A stretch of DNA of 50,289 nt from the NCBI GenBank assembly GCA_012520735.1, contig JAAYNR010000031.1, positions 1 to 50,289 on the forward strand, in the 5' to 3' direction. The notes beneath the pieces are model-generated. The model was not told the origin of the DNA and did not search any database. It was given only the letters and a program-made list of their open reading frames with translations. The stretch comes from Lentisphaerota bacterium. GTDB lineage: Bacteria > Verrucomicrobiota > Kiritimatiellia > RFP12 > JAAYNR01. Every line of letters begins with the position of its first letter. The stretch's first letter is position 1. Of the stretch, positions 1 through 9,011 are shown piece by piece. Both the position numbers and the translations under genes were made by a program.

Positions 1-60
1 CCCTTCACTTTTCACCATTCACACTTCTCTACCTCGTCTAAGTGTAAGCGTTTAAGTGTA
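1..60 (-). repeat. Cluster of intergenic repeat words (CCCTTCAC / ACCTCGT / GCGTTTAAG), reverse orientation
   Basis: Its reverse complement contains CTTAAACGC and GTGAA..GTGAAGGG. The same words occur at 21631-21671, 22521-22578 and 31671-31709, but in a different order. Confidence 0.5.
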
Positions 61-273
61 TTTTCCTTCAACCTTTACCATCACACCTATTCGTGTAGAT
101 CCGCAGATAAACCACCTTTCCCTTCTTCTTTGTTGCCTATATTGGAACTAGTGTCATATAATTGTTTTCGCTGTCGTATTTTGTTGTGTTCGGCCGTATC
201 GGAGGGGTTTACGCATCTCTGGCGAAACATGGCAGCAATTAACTGTTTTTCACTCTTAGCCCACAAGTGTTGT

Positions 274-3200
274 ATGAAGTATTTATCTACCGCGATCGCT
301 TTTATCGCGCTCTCAACTTTTACCTTTATTCCCCCTGTGATCGCTGTTACTGTGCCGCCGGCTTTTCAGGAGAGTATCTCTACGCCGCATTGGCGTTGGG
401 AGGGACGTAATGCCGCCGGTACGGTGCGGGCTCTGTTTATCACTCAATCTTATGCTGTGCGTGATCCCGATGAGCTGGCGCAACGTTTCGATATTGAGGT
501 GACTACTCTCGGTGTGCCGGGACAGCCGCCTAATGGTATTAAAGTCGATAATAATCACCTCGCCTCTCTCCTTACTAATGAGTATCATGCCGTTGTCATC
601 ACCCCATATTATGCGCGTGATATTTTTGACCAGATCAGCCCCGAAAACCGCGCCACTATCCTCAATTTTGTCCGCCGGGGTGGTACCCTCGTAATAAGTC
701 GTGGTTATGGCTCCTGGCCGGCACCTAAGCCATCTGTTAAAACAAGTGATGATCTGCTCGGTGATCTCCTCAGTGGTGAGATAGATAAGCCGGAGGTGGT
801 TGATGATGGCCGCCTTAATCTGGGTAGCCTTGATCACGATACCGGCTCACCTCAGATTACTCTCAGCAGTGAAATGACCCGTGCACTGCCACCGGTACAG
901 GTTCATGGCAGTAAAGGGGTACGCCGTACACATGGCCCCTCTTATCGCGGTGGACTCTCAATGGCTACTCTGCCACTCGGCAAAGGAAAGGTGGTCTATC
1001 TCTTTGGCGTTGGTGGACACTGGACCTCGTTTAATGCGCTGCTCGGTGAGGATATCGCCTGGCCAACCCACAGCAACCCCGGTGCTTTTTTCGACGATCC
1101 CGTAGCGCCCGAACTCCACTTTGCTATTGTGGCCCGCTGGTTACGTAAGACAACCTCTATGGAGGCCGATCTCACCGTGCGCACTGTTTCGGTCGAGACC
1201 GATCCCGCACCGCTTGACACCCCCAACTCACTGCGACTCACCTTTAGCAAAGCTACCACTGAAGGGCTCTCTCTCTGCTGGATGCTCTACTCGCCGCAAG
1301 CTGATCTGCTCGCTAGTAACACCGTGCCGGTCGCCTCCGGTGTGTTTGATGCTGATGTCTCTTTTATGCCATCTAAAGTCGGCCCTCTGGTTTGTCAGTG
1401 GCGCCTGGAACAGGCCGGAACGACACTCGACAGCGGTGCCGCAGCATTTGTCGCTACTGCACCGGTTGCCCTCGCCTCTGTCTCTCTCCCAACCGCACCG
1501 GCCCCAAACACTCCTCTCGCTCTCTCGTGGCAACTTACCGCCGCAGCCGACGAGACACATCACATCATTTTGCAGCTCTACGATCCAAAGGGGAACATTG
1601 TCGCCATGGCTGACACTCCTGCCCACGCCGGAGAGACAACGCTCGCCCCGTGGCCGATCCGCTACACCACATATACCCTGCGAACACTTCTCCTGGCTGA
1701 CGGCCGAGCCATCGATGAACAGCGTCAGCCTGTCACCTGTTTGCTTGATCGTGCCACCGACACCGACGAATATCTCGTCGCCGCCTGGGCCATGGAGGGT
1801 GGTCTCGGCACCTGGCAGGGACGCTACCGTAGTGCTATCCTCAACCGCCTCGGCATCATGGCTCTCAGTGGTAATGGCGGAGCACCGTTTTATCGGATGA
1901 TCGGTGAAGCCGCGATGCGCCCCACTCTCTGTAACATCTTCCATCCTGCCGCCCGCTCCCGTCCCGGCTACGATGCCACGAAAGCTCATGCTAATCTGTT
2001 ACACAAAGCCGAGGAGGCTGCCCCACACTCCCCGGTCGGCTATATGTTTGGTGATGAGCCTGGCAATATGGGCGACGTTATTGAGTACTCCAGTCAGGCA
2101 GCCGCTACCATACGCCAAGCCGACCCTACCGCACGTGTTGGCTGGAGTGGTGTCTGGCTCGATTTCAAACAGGATGTCCCCGAGTTCTTCAAAACATGCA
2201 ACTATGTCACTGCCTACAGCCCTCACCACCTCTACACCCCTAACCTCTGGCTAGGCGTAGAGCGCGACCTCTATCGCTCTTTTAAGCAACCCGACTCAAT
2301 CCTCACCTGCTGGACTCACTACGCTCCCTGGGCCGATAACGAACCCTATAGCAGAACCGTCCCCTGGCTCTGGCTCTTTGAAGGGATGAATGGTGTCTCG
2401 TATTTCTCCACGGCTGATGAATTTGCCATCCTCCCCGGAGACCTCCGTCTTACCCATGAGACACGCTGGTGGAACGAAGAACTGAGAGAATTGAAACATG
2501 GTGCCGGCAAACAACTTATCGGTATGGAGCGTGATAATGGCGGTATACGCATCCTCTTTACCCGCTATGCCGGTGGCAGCGAAACCTGGATGCGTGCCCT
2601 TAACCAGCTCAATATCCCCTACCGCCTTTTTGATCGTGACGAGCTTGTTACCAATCCCGACCAACATGTGAAGCTGGTAATTTGCCCTGAGCCACAGCAT
2701 CTCAGTGAAAAAGAGAGTGCCGCATTACAGGCATGTGCTGCCGCCGGTGGTATTGTAGTGGCTGTCGGGCCGGCGCTGACCAACAGCAACAGTCGGCTTG
2801 AAGCGCTCTTTGGACTTACCCGCCCGGCAGATAATCCCCCTCTCCAGACCACCGCCAATATCAACTCTACTGTCTCTCTGCGGCTCCCCGCAGACCAGCA
2901 AGCGCCGCCTCTCACCCTCAGCGGCAAAACCACCGGCGAATGTCGGCTCGCCCCCGGTAGCGGACACGCCATTGCCACTTTCAGTCGGTTGGGCGACAAA
3001 ACACCCGAGAGCAACCTGGAGCATCTCGACTTCCTGTCGCCTCTCTTTGAGACCCCTGCTGCTATTGCCAAACAGCATGGCTCCGGACTGGCCCTCTATC
3101 TCAATTTCCATCCCGATCTCGCAGCCGCCAAAAACCTCATCACTAATCTGGTGGCACAAACCTCCCTGCCACCACCTGTTGCTCAGATCACCTGCAACGC

Positions 3201-4752
3201 CACCCCCGCCGACACTATCTACCTCTACCCCTTTAAAAATGGCCCTGTCACCATGCTCGGCGTGGTTCAAGATTATTGGCGTGTACCGCCACAGTGGAAC
3301 GTGGCCGCCGAAAATGGAAACACTCATGCAGGGCAAACCGCTCTCTACTACTATCACGGGCCGTCAATTTGGGCTGAACACCCGGCGCAAATTAAACTCG
3401 CTACAGCGGCACACCTCTACAATGCCCGCACCGGCCTCTATTATGGTCGTGTTGAGCAGGCGCAATTCCAACTTCAGGCAGGTCGCCCTGATCTCTTTGC
3501 ATTGCTCCCCTATCGCGTCGAAGAGCTGAAACTCACCCTACCCACTACAGCCACCCCCGGTGAATTGGTAAATATCGGAGTGGAGCTATTCACTGATGGC
3601 CCCGCAGCGGGACGTCATGTGGTTAATGTAACCCTCACCCATGATAGCGCCCCGCACCCGGCAGAGAGTCGCAACGTAGAGTTACTTAACGGCAAAGCCA
3701 CCCTCACCTTGCAGCTCCCCTATAACACCCCCAGCGGTGTTTGGAAAGCTTTAGCCCGCGATGCTGTGAGTGGACAATACACGACAAAAACTCTCTCTGT
3801 AGTCAGCACCACCCCCATTGCCGGCGGTGTGCTGCACCCTAAACACCCTGTCAGCACACTCACTGCACTCCCCTGGCCGCAGGGGCGTCTGGTCTCACAC
3901 GCCGAAGCCAAACAACAGCGAGAGGCCTCACAAAGCGATAAAGTCTCCGTCAGTGGTGCCACGCTCACCCCTTACGCACTGCCGCAACACTGGGGCAAAT
4001 ATGCCAACCAAAAAGGGCTAAAAGCTAATTTCACCCTGCGCAATCCGCTCGCTTATTATCAGATGCGCTATGAAGTCTGTAACGATTGGGAGGCCAACGG
4101 CTGGGAAAAAGGGCGCATCTGGGCCAACGCCCGCCCTGGTCTGGGGATTCATCGCCCTAACCCTATGGCGTGGTATTACAACGGCTATCTGGAGATATGG
4201 CTCGACGATCTCTGTGCTGCTAACTATGCCGCCACATCTATTACTGACTCCTCAGCCAACGGTAATGGACAAGTCGATATGGCCTTTACTACTCCTAGTG
4301 GCGACGTCACTCTCTCTTTTGCCATGATGCCTGACCACATCGGGCTCTTCCAGCAACTTGAAATACGTCCCTCCAAGCCACTACGTAATGTCAAAGTGAT
4401 GTTCCGGCGTTATGAATGGGCTGACCAACCGCATCGCTTTATCGAGATCGACCCTGAAGAGCAAAGCTGGGCCTTAACCGGTGATCGCCATGCAGACCGC
4501 GCCCTCGGCAAAGGTCGCGGCCCGGCAGCTATGTTGGTTGAGCCGGCAGCGTGGGACAAAGTCTCCTTCACACCACCACACCCGACACTGCAAAAAACAA
4601 TCAACCTTCAGGCTGGCGAAACCTTTAAGACAGGCTGGGTCTTATGGCTCTTCCCTGATCACGGCAACGAACAGGCCCACAACTACCTACGCGACAACTC
4701 GGCCGCCACCAGACAACGGTTAGCGGAGTTAATTAACTCCGCTTGGCAGTAA
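274..4752 (+). CDS. Very large secreted protein (~1492 aa), function unknown, possibly glycan-active
   Basis: It is the only long frame here (ORF 130-4752). I place the start at ATG 274 because MKYLSTAIAFIALSTFTFIPPVIA reads as a signal peptide. No SD is seen, so ATG 229 or TTG 130 cannot be excluded. Two segments resemble the GATase1-like/beta-galactosidase-trimerisation fold (HAVVITPYY..RRGGTLVI and KLVICPEP..AAGGIVVAVGP). No catalytic motif was recognised. Confidence 0.8.
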   Translation: MKYLSTAIAFIALSTFTFIPPVIAVTVPPAFQESISTPHWRWEGRNAAGTVRALFITQSYAVRDPDELAQRFDIEVTTLGVPGQPPNGIKVDNNHLASLLTNEYHAVVITPYYARDIFDQISPENRATILNFVRRGGTLVISRGYGSWPAPKPSVKTSDDLLGDLLSGEIDKPEVVDDGRLNLGSLDHDTGSPQITLSSEMTRALPPVQVHGSKGVRRTHGPSYRGGLSMATLPLGKGKVVYLFGVGGHWTSFNALLGEDIAWPTHSNPGAFFDDPVAPELHFAIVARWLRKTTSMEADLTVRTVSVETDPAPLDTPNSLRLTFSKATTEGLSLCWMLYSPQADLLASNTVPVASGVFDADVSFMPSKVGPLVCQWRLEQAGTTLDSGAAAFVATAPVALASVSLPTAPAPNTPLALSWQLTAAADETHHIILQLYDPKGNIVAMADTPAHAGETTLAPWPIRYTTYTLRTLLLADGRAIDEQRQPVTCLLDRATDTDEYLVAAWAMEGGLGTWQGRYRSAILNRLGIMALSGNGGAPFYRMIGEAAMRPTLCNIFHPAARSRPGYDATKAHANLLHKAEEAAPHSPVGYMFGDEPGNMGDVIEYSSQAAATIRQADPTARVGWSGVWLDFKQDVPEFFKTCNYVTAYSPHHLYTPNLWLGVERDLYRSFKQPDSILTCWTHYAPWADNEPYSRTVPWLWLFEGMNGVSYFSTADEFAILPGDLRLTHETRWWNEELRELKHGAGKQLIGMERDNGGIRILFTRYAGGSETWMRALNQLNIPYRLFDRDELVTNPDQHVKLVICPEPQHLSEKESAALQACAAAGGIVVAVGPALTNSNSRLEALFGLTRPADNPPLQTTANINSTVSLRLPADQQAPPLTLSGKTTGECRLAPGSGHAIATFSRLGDKTPESNLEHLDFLSPLFETPAAIAKQHGSGLALYLNFHPDLAAAKNLITNLVAQTSLPPPVAQITCNATPADTIYLYPFKNGPVTMLGVVQDYWRVPPQWNVAAENGNTHAGQTALYYYHGPSIWAEHPAQIKLATAAHLYNARTGLYYGRVEQAQFQLQAGRPDLFALLPYRVEELKLTLPTTATPGELVNIGVELFTDGPAAGRHVVNVTLTHDSAPHPAESRNVELLNGKATLTLQLPYNTPSGVWKALARDAVSGQYTTKTLSVVSTTPIAGGVLHPKHPVSTLTALPWPQGRLVSHAEAKQQREASQSDKVSVSGATLTPYALPQHWGKYANQKGLKANFTLRNPLAYYQMRYEVCNDWEANGWEKGRIWANARPGLGIHRPNPMAWYYNGYLEIWLDDLCAANYAATSITDSSANGNGQVDMAFTTPSGDVTLSFAMMPDHIGLFQQLEIRPSKPLRNVKVMFRRYEWADQPHRFIEIDPEEQSWALTGDRHADRALGKGRGPAAMLVEPAAWDKVSFTPPHPTLQKTINLQAGETFKTGWVLWLFPDHGNEQAHNYLRDNSAATRQRLAELINSAWQ

Positions 4753-6973
4753 TCGCTTTATAAAGCTCACCTGAAGTTTTGGCGGCCAACACTGCAGCGC
4801 GCCCTTTTTCATCAAGCACAGTACTGATACAGGCCATAAACTCCAGATATGGCGATGTCGAAGTCTCGTCCGAGAGGACAAGGGTGAAGATTTGCGACGG
4901 TTTGCCATCGGCTGACTCAAAATCAACCCCTTCAGGCTTAACCCCTACAGCACAAGCCAATACGCACGGCATTGTAGTCCGTCCATGCGGACTGGCCACG
5001 CCATCAGTAAGGCCGGTAGACATTACCCGTTCACGCTTCATGATAGCCTCAAGTGCAGTAGCGCGATCCCCAACACAACCTGTGGCCACAATCAGATCAA
5101 GCAGCTCCTCAATTATACCCAGTTTAGTGTCGGCTTTCAGCCCGACCTTCACCATCTCCGGCTTGAGATAACGTGCAATCTTCTCCCCAGCATCTGACGA
5201 ACGGGTGTTTTGCCTCCTGTTATTATGCGCATCCAGTACATCACGCGGATCGAGTGGGTGCCTTAACGCCTGCAGCGTACTCTCAACCTCGGCCACTACT
5301 TCACGCATAGCTGTCTGGACAAAAGCTACCTCGCTCTCGTCAATTTCGAAGGATAGCACCTCACCCTCTTTTCTGATCCCCATCACCATCGCATCTTTAC
5401 GAACCTGATAGATACGGTTGCCGTGATCCAGAGCATGGACAAAACACCCTTCACGACGCAGAGCATCGAGGAGGTGCGCCAGCATGAGCTGGTTCATTTG
5501 CCGGGTGGGAAATTTATATATCATTGGCTGACTCTCAGCCGCCACCTTGGAGCTGTCACGCAAGCCCGACTTCGGTGAACGGAACGCCCACACCATAAAG
5601 GGTGGCGGAATAATTGTGGTAAAGAGTGTCATAAACACCGCCACGCCAAAAATCTCCGATGAGAGACAACCACTGGCCAGACCCAAACCAGCCACAATCA
5701 ATGCCACCTCACCACGCGGAATCATACCCAAACCGATACGAACTGCACCGCGTATATTGAACCCGCTGATCAGAGCCGGTATACCGCACCCTATCAGCTT
5801 GGCCAATATCGCTAAAATGGTGTAAATCACCCCAAAGAGCAATATCTTACTGTCTAGGAATTTGGTCACATCTACCATCATACCCATTACAGTGAAGAAG
5901 ATAGGTACCAGGAAAGTGAAAATAGGCTGCAGTGCCTCGCGTACCACATGGTTGAGGTCGGTCCGCGACAATGATAAACCCATCACATAGGCTCCGATAA
6001 TCATAGCCAGATGGGCCTCTTCAAAAACACCGGCCACCAGCATAGCCAAACCTAAAGCCATAATAGCGATCTCATTGTGCCCGCCGAGAGTCTTCAGTCC
6101 GGCACCAATATGCCTGGCTACCAGAACACCAAAGATGGTCGCCCCCAACCAGACGCCGATCGATTTAAGTGCAATCATGCCGATGTTGCCCCAGTCAACA
6201 GCCGCACTGGCACCATCAACACCATTAGCCATTTCAGCACCGACTACACCCATGCCGATCGCCAGAATAACAATACCAAGAACATCGTCAAGCACCGCAC
6301 CGGCCAGAATGGTTGTCCCCTCGGGTGTCTCCAATTTTTTACGCTCCGATAAAATTCGTGCCGTAATACTGACCGATGTTGCCGTCGACATCACACCCAG
6401 AAAAATTCGCGCCGGATGCATAAAGGGGTAGTCACCGGGTTGAATCAGCGGCAGTAGCCAGCCACCAATAAGATCGCCTACGAAGAACGAAACAATAACA
6501 CCACCCAGACCAACCAGCGTTCCCGCTACTGCATAGCGGGTGAACAACTTGATATCTGTCTCAATACCAACCAGAAAGAGCAACACCACCGAGGCTACAG
6601 CACAAAACCCATAAAGTTCCGGCGACACTGTAATACCCTCAACCCTGATCGCCTGCGCCACATGGAAAAGACCATCCTTAAAGCCCGGCAACCACGATAT
6701 ACCGATACCACCCAGCAAAGAAGGACCAATCACGATACCGGCGCACAACTCGCCAAGCACACCGGGCATCCGCATCTTCTCAAAGGCCATGTTACCCAGA
6801 CGTGCCGCAAAGAGAATCACACCTATCTGAATCACCAGATGCATCATCCTCTCTGTCAGACCGGGCGCTGTTTCAACACCACCTCCGCTCGACGCAAACG
6901 CCATGACCGGCATCAGGCTCAGAGCAAAAACAACCATAATTACATTAACAAGAGAACTATTACGTCTATACAT
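4733..6973 (-). CDS. Cation:proton antiporter (CPA2/Kef-like) with C-terminal PTS EIIA-type domain
   Basis: The first ~420 aa are multi-TM and Na+/H+-exchanger-like. The last ~150 aa look like PTS EIIA type 2, with a phosphorylatable-His context GVASPHGR. SD AGGAG lies 7 nt upstream of ATG 6973. Confidence 0.85.
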   Translation of the reverse strand: MYRRNSSLVNVIMVVFALSLMPVMAFASSGGGVETAPGLTERMMHLVIQIGVILFAARLGNMAFEKMRMPGVLGELCAGIVIGPSLLGGIGISWLPGFKDGLFHVAQAIRVEGITVSPELYGFCAVASVVLLFLVGIETDIKLFTRYAVAGTLVGLGGVIVSFFVGDLIGGWLLPLIQPGDYPFMHPARIFLGVMSTATSVSITARILSERKKLETPEGTTILAGAVLDDVLGIVILAIGMGVVGAEMANGVDGASAAVDWGNIGMIALKSIGVWLGATIFGVLVARHIGAGLKTLGGHNEIAIMALGLAMLVAGVFEEAHLAMIIGAYVMGLSLSRTDLNHVVREALQPIFTFLVPIFFTVMGMMVDVTKFLDSKILLFGVIYTILAILAKLIGCGIPALISGFNIRGAVRIGLGMIPRGEVALIVAGLGLASGCLSSEIFGVAVFMTLFTTIIPPPFMVWAFRSPKSGLRDSSKVAAESQPMIYKFPTRQMNQLMLAHLLDALRREGCFVHALDHGNRIYQVRKDAMVMGIRKEGEVLSFEIDESEVAFVQTAMREVVAEVESTLQALRHPLDPRDVLDAHNNRRQNTRSSDAGEKIARYLKPEMVKVGLKADTKLGIIEELLDLIVATGCVGDRATALEAIMKRERVMSTGLTDGVASPHGRTTMPCVLACAVGVKPEGVDFESADGKPSQIFTLVLSDETSTSPYLEFMACISTVLDEKGRAAVLAAKTSGELYKAITAKRS

Positions 6974-7084
6974 ATCGGCACTCCTTATAAAAACGCGCCA
7001 TAATTAATCACAAAAACTTCTAAAAAGCAATTTATTTGTCCGCACACGCAAGTGGCTAACGCAACAATAAGGTTTTGACCTCAG

Positions 7085-8452
7085 CTATGCCCCGGTGCTG
7101 AGCTCTATTTTATCTGCCAGCATCCCAAATGCCTTATCAGGGCCAGCCGCCTGTAACGCCTCTGCGTCAGCTCTGTCCAGCGGCGGCAAACCCCCAACCT
7201 TAGTGTAGAATTCATTGCGTTTGCTTGCTGACGGCCAGGCGGCTGCGGCACGCTCACTCAGATACGGCATAGCGGCATAACGCCCTAGGATAGTCTGCCC
7301 TACAATAAATTTGGCTCCATCACGGAACAACTCGCTGTATTTAGAGAGAACCGGACCATTCAGGTCGTCGGCAAAGGGGAGACCTTTTTTGTTCATCTCT
7401 GTCCCTATGATCAGCGGCATATCACGCTTGACCGACTCCCTCACCAGCTCGTCCATCTTGGCAATTTTTACTTCACGATCCTGCCGATTCTTCAAATTCC
7501 AGTTGCGGTCGGGTATAAAGGCTACCACAGCACAACCGTAATCAATCAAAGCCTCCAACCAGCGGGCGCAATCGGCCTCTCCACCACTTGTACCATCGAG
7601 CCAGGTTGCCGTGGGAATAGCACCGCAGGAGTTTACCCAGGCGGTAAATTTCCCAATTGGCGGGAATGTGGTTGTGTCTGGTTGCTTATACCCCACGCCG
7701 CCGCGCTTTGCCAAAGCACCGCGCAATGCTTCATCAAATTTAGGGGTGTCACGCTCTAACTCAGCCGCCGCCTCAGTGCTCAACTTAAGCAGAGGTGCCC
7801 AGAAGGCAGCCCGTGTATTGGTATCGGGGAATATCCGCTGCCCGGCCACACCGTAAGCACGGATAATATGACGCTCGGTTGCCACCCCGCGCGGTGTCAA
7901 AGGCAAAACATCACGCTGATAATCGAGGGCAACTTGCGGTATTTTGGCGTTTATTCGGGCAATCAGCTCCTGATTACGTTGTGTCGCCCCCTGACGCAAC
8001 TCAGCCAGAGTCTCGGCCTGCGGTGTCCCTTCAGCAAAAGAGCGGTAAAACCCGGTGCCCATCACATAATTAACCCCGGGCTCGCCAGGAGAGTTGATGT
8101 CGACACTAGCAAAGGTGTCAAAAAAGGCTCTGGTCTCCAAATGAACTGCCGTGCGCAAACCCAGCAGATGCCCTGCTTCAATAAACTCCTCCAAGCCGTC
8201 AAGTACGTCGAAATCACATAGCCCGGCCGCCAGCAGACCACGTTTACGACACTCCCAGGCGATACGCGACGGCGACCAGCCATCGGCATTGTAAGAGAAG
8301 AAAGAGTGGCAGTGCATGTTGACATCACCATTATCGTCAGCCGGTTCGCAAACCTCGTCTATCAGTCCGGCCAGAGTGCTCAATGCCGCACCTCTCTCTT
8401 TGGCATCGTAACTGTCAAGACGAACTTCAAGCTCACGTACAGCGTTGCTCAT
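7085..8452 (-). CDS. PHP-domain metal-dependent phosphoesterase family protein
   Basis: The N-terminal motif NMHCHSFFSYNADG matches the HxH..S.DG signature of PHP domains. The start is moved to ATG 8452 (MSNAVRELEV), preceded by GAAGGG; the longer ORF start at 8497 has no SD. Confidence 0.7.
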   Translation of the reverse strand: MSNAVRELEVRLDSYDAKERGAALSTLAGLIDEVCEPADDNGDVNMHCHSFFSYNADGWSPSRIAWECRKRGLLAAGLCDFDVLDGLEEFIEAGHLLGLRTAVHLETRAFFDTFASVDINSPGEPGVNYVMGTGFYRSFAEGTPQAETLAELRQGATQRNQELIARINAKIPQVALDYQRDVLPLTPRGVATERHIIRAYGVAGQRIFPDTNTRAAFWAPLLKLSTEAAAELERDTPKFDEALRGALAKRGGVGYKQPDTTTFPPIGKFTAWVNSCGAIPTATWLDGTSGGEADCARWLEALIDYGCAVVAFIPDRNWNLKNRQDREVKIAKMDELVRESVKRDMPLIIGTEMNKKGLPFADDLNGPVLSKYSELFRDGAKFIVGQTILGRYAAMPYLSERAAAAWPSASKRNEFYTKVGGLPPLDRADAEALQAAGPDKAFGMLADKIELSTGA

Positions 8453-8533
8453 AAAAATACCAACCCTTCTATATCTGTTATAAACACATTTAAACAAGCC
8501 GCAGTATCAACAACGACAACCGGCTGACACCAC

Positions 8534-8579
8534 AAAACAAAAAACGGCCTCCACAGCGATAAAAACTGCAGAGACCGCC
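8534..8579 (-). terminator. Rho-independent terminator downstream of the NifU-like gene
   Basis: The minus strand reads CGGTCTCTGCAG-tttttatcg-CTGTGGAGGCCG followed by TTTTTTGTTTT. This gives a 12-bp stem (3 G-U pairs), a 9-nt loop and a U-tract, 23 nt after the stop at 8602. Confidence 0.55.
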
Positions 8580-8601
8580 ATTATAGCACAACTTGTAAAA
8601 A

Positions 8602-8835
8602 TTACATAGCCCGCTCTACCACAATTTCCGGATCGAGCTGTTCACGCAGATAACGCTCAATACCCTGTTTCAGGGTGATAGTTGAGTGCGGACATGAACC
8701 ACAAGCCCCTTTGAGCTTAAGTGTTACAACTTTGCCCTCTATCGAGACCAACTCCATGTCGCCACCATCAGCCTGCAACATCCCACGCAAATCTTCAAGT
8801 TTCTCTTTGATCTTATCATCCATGACTCTCACCAT
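8602..8835 (-). CDS. NifU-like (Nfu C-terminal domain) Fe-S cluster carrier protein
   Basis: It is 77 aa. LQADGGDMELV...LKGACGSCPHSTITLK carries the CxxC motif and flanks typical of the NifU C-terminal domain. Confidence 0.85.
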   Translation of the reverse strand: MVRVMDDKIKEKLEDLRGMLQADGGDMELVSIEGKVVTLKLKGACGSCPHSTITLKQGIERYLREQLDPEIVVERAM

Positions 8836-9011
8836 CAGTTAAAGGTTAAAAACACCTGCACGCCTCATGGCAAATTGCAGACTCTTAACAACACCTGTTG
8901 TTTATGTATGGCCAATATTATGCACTATCTGCACTGACATCCGCAAGCCTAAACTCTCCTATTTTACTTGCCTTTAATTTACACCCCCATTTATCGTCTA
9001 GAGGTACCTAC

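Noticed and set aside
1121-1989. Long alternative-frame and antisense ORFs (1121-1900 +, 1228-1989 -, also 2725-3529) inside the giant gene
   Set aside because: They are Pro/Ser/Arg/Leu-rich low-complexity translations typical of shadow ORFs in GC-biased coding DNA. None has an SD, and the main frame is continuous and protein-like.
4733-4752. 20-nt overlap of the convergent 3' ends of the giant gene and the antiporter gene
   Set aside because: Short convergent overlaps are common in compact genomes. I saw no structure or motif suggesting a special function.
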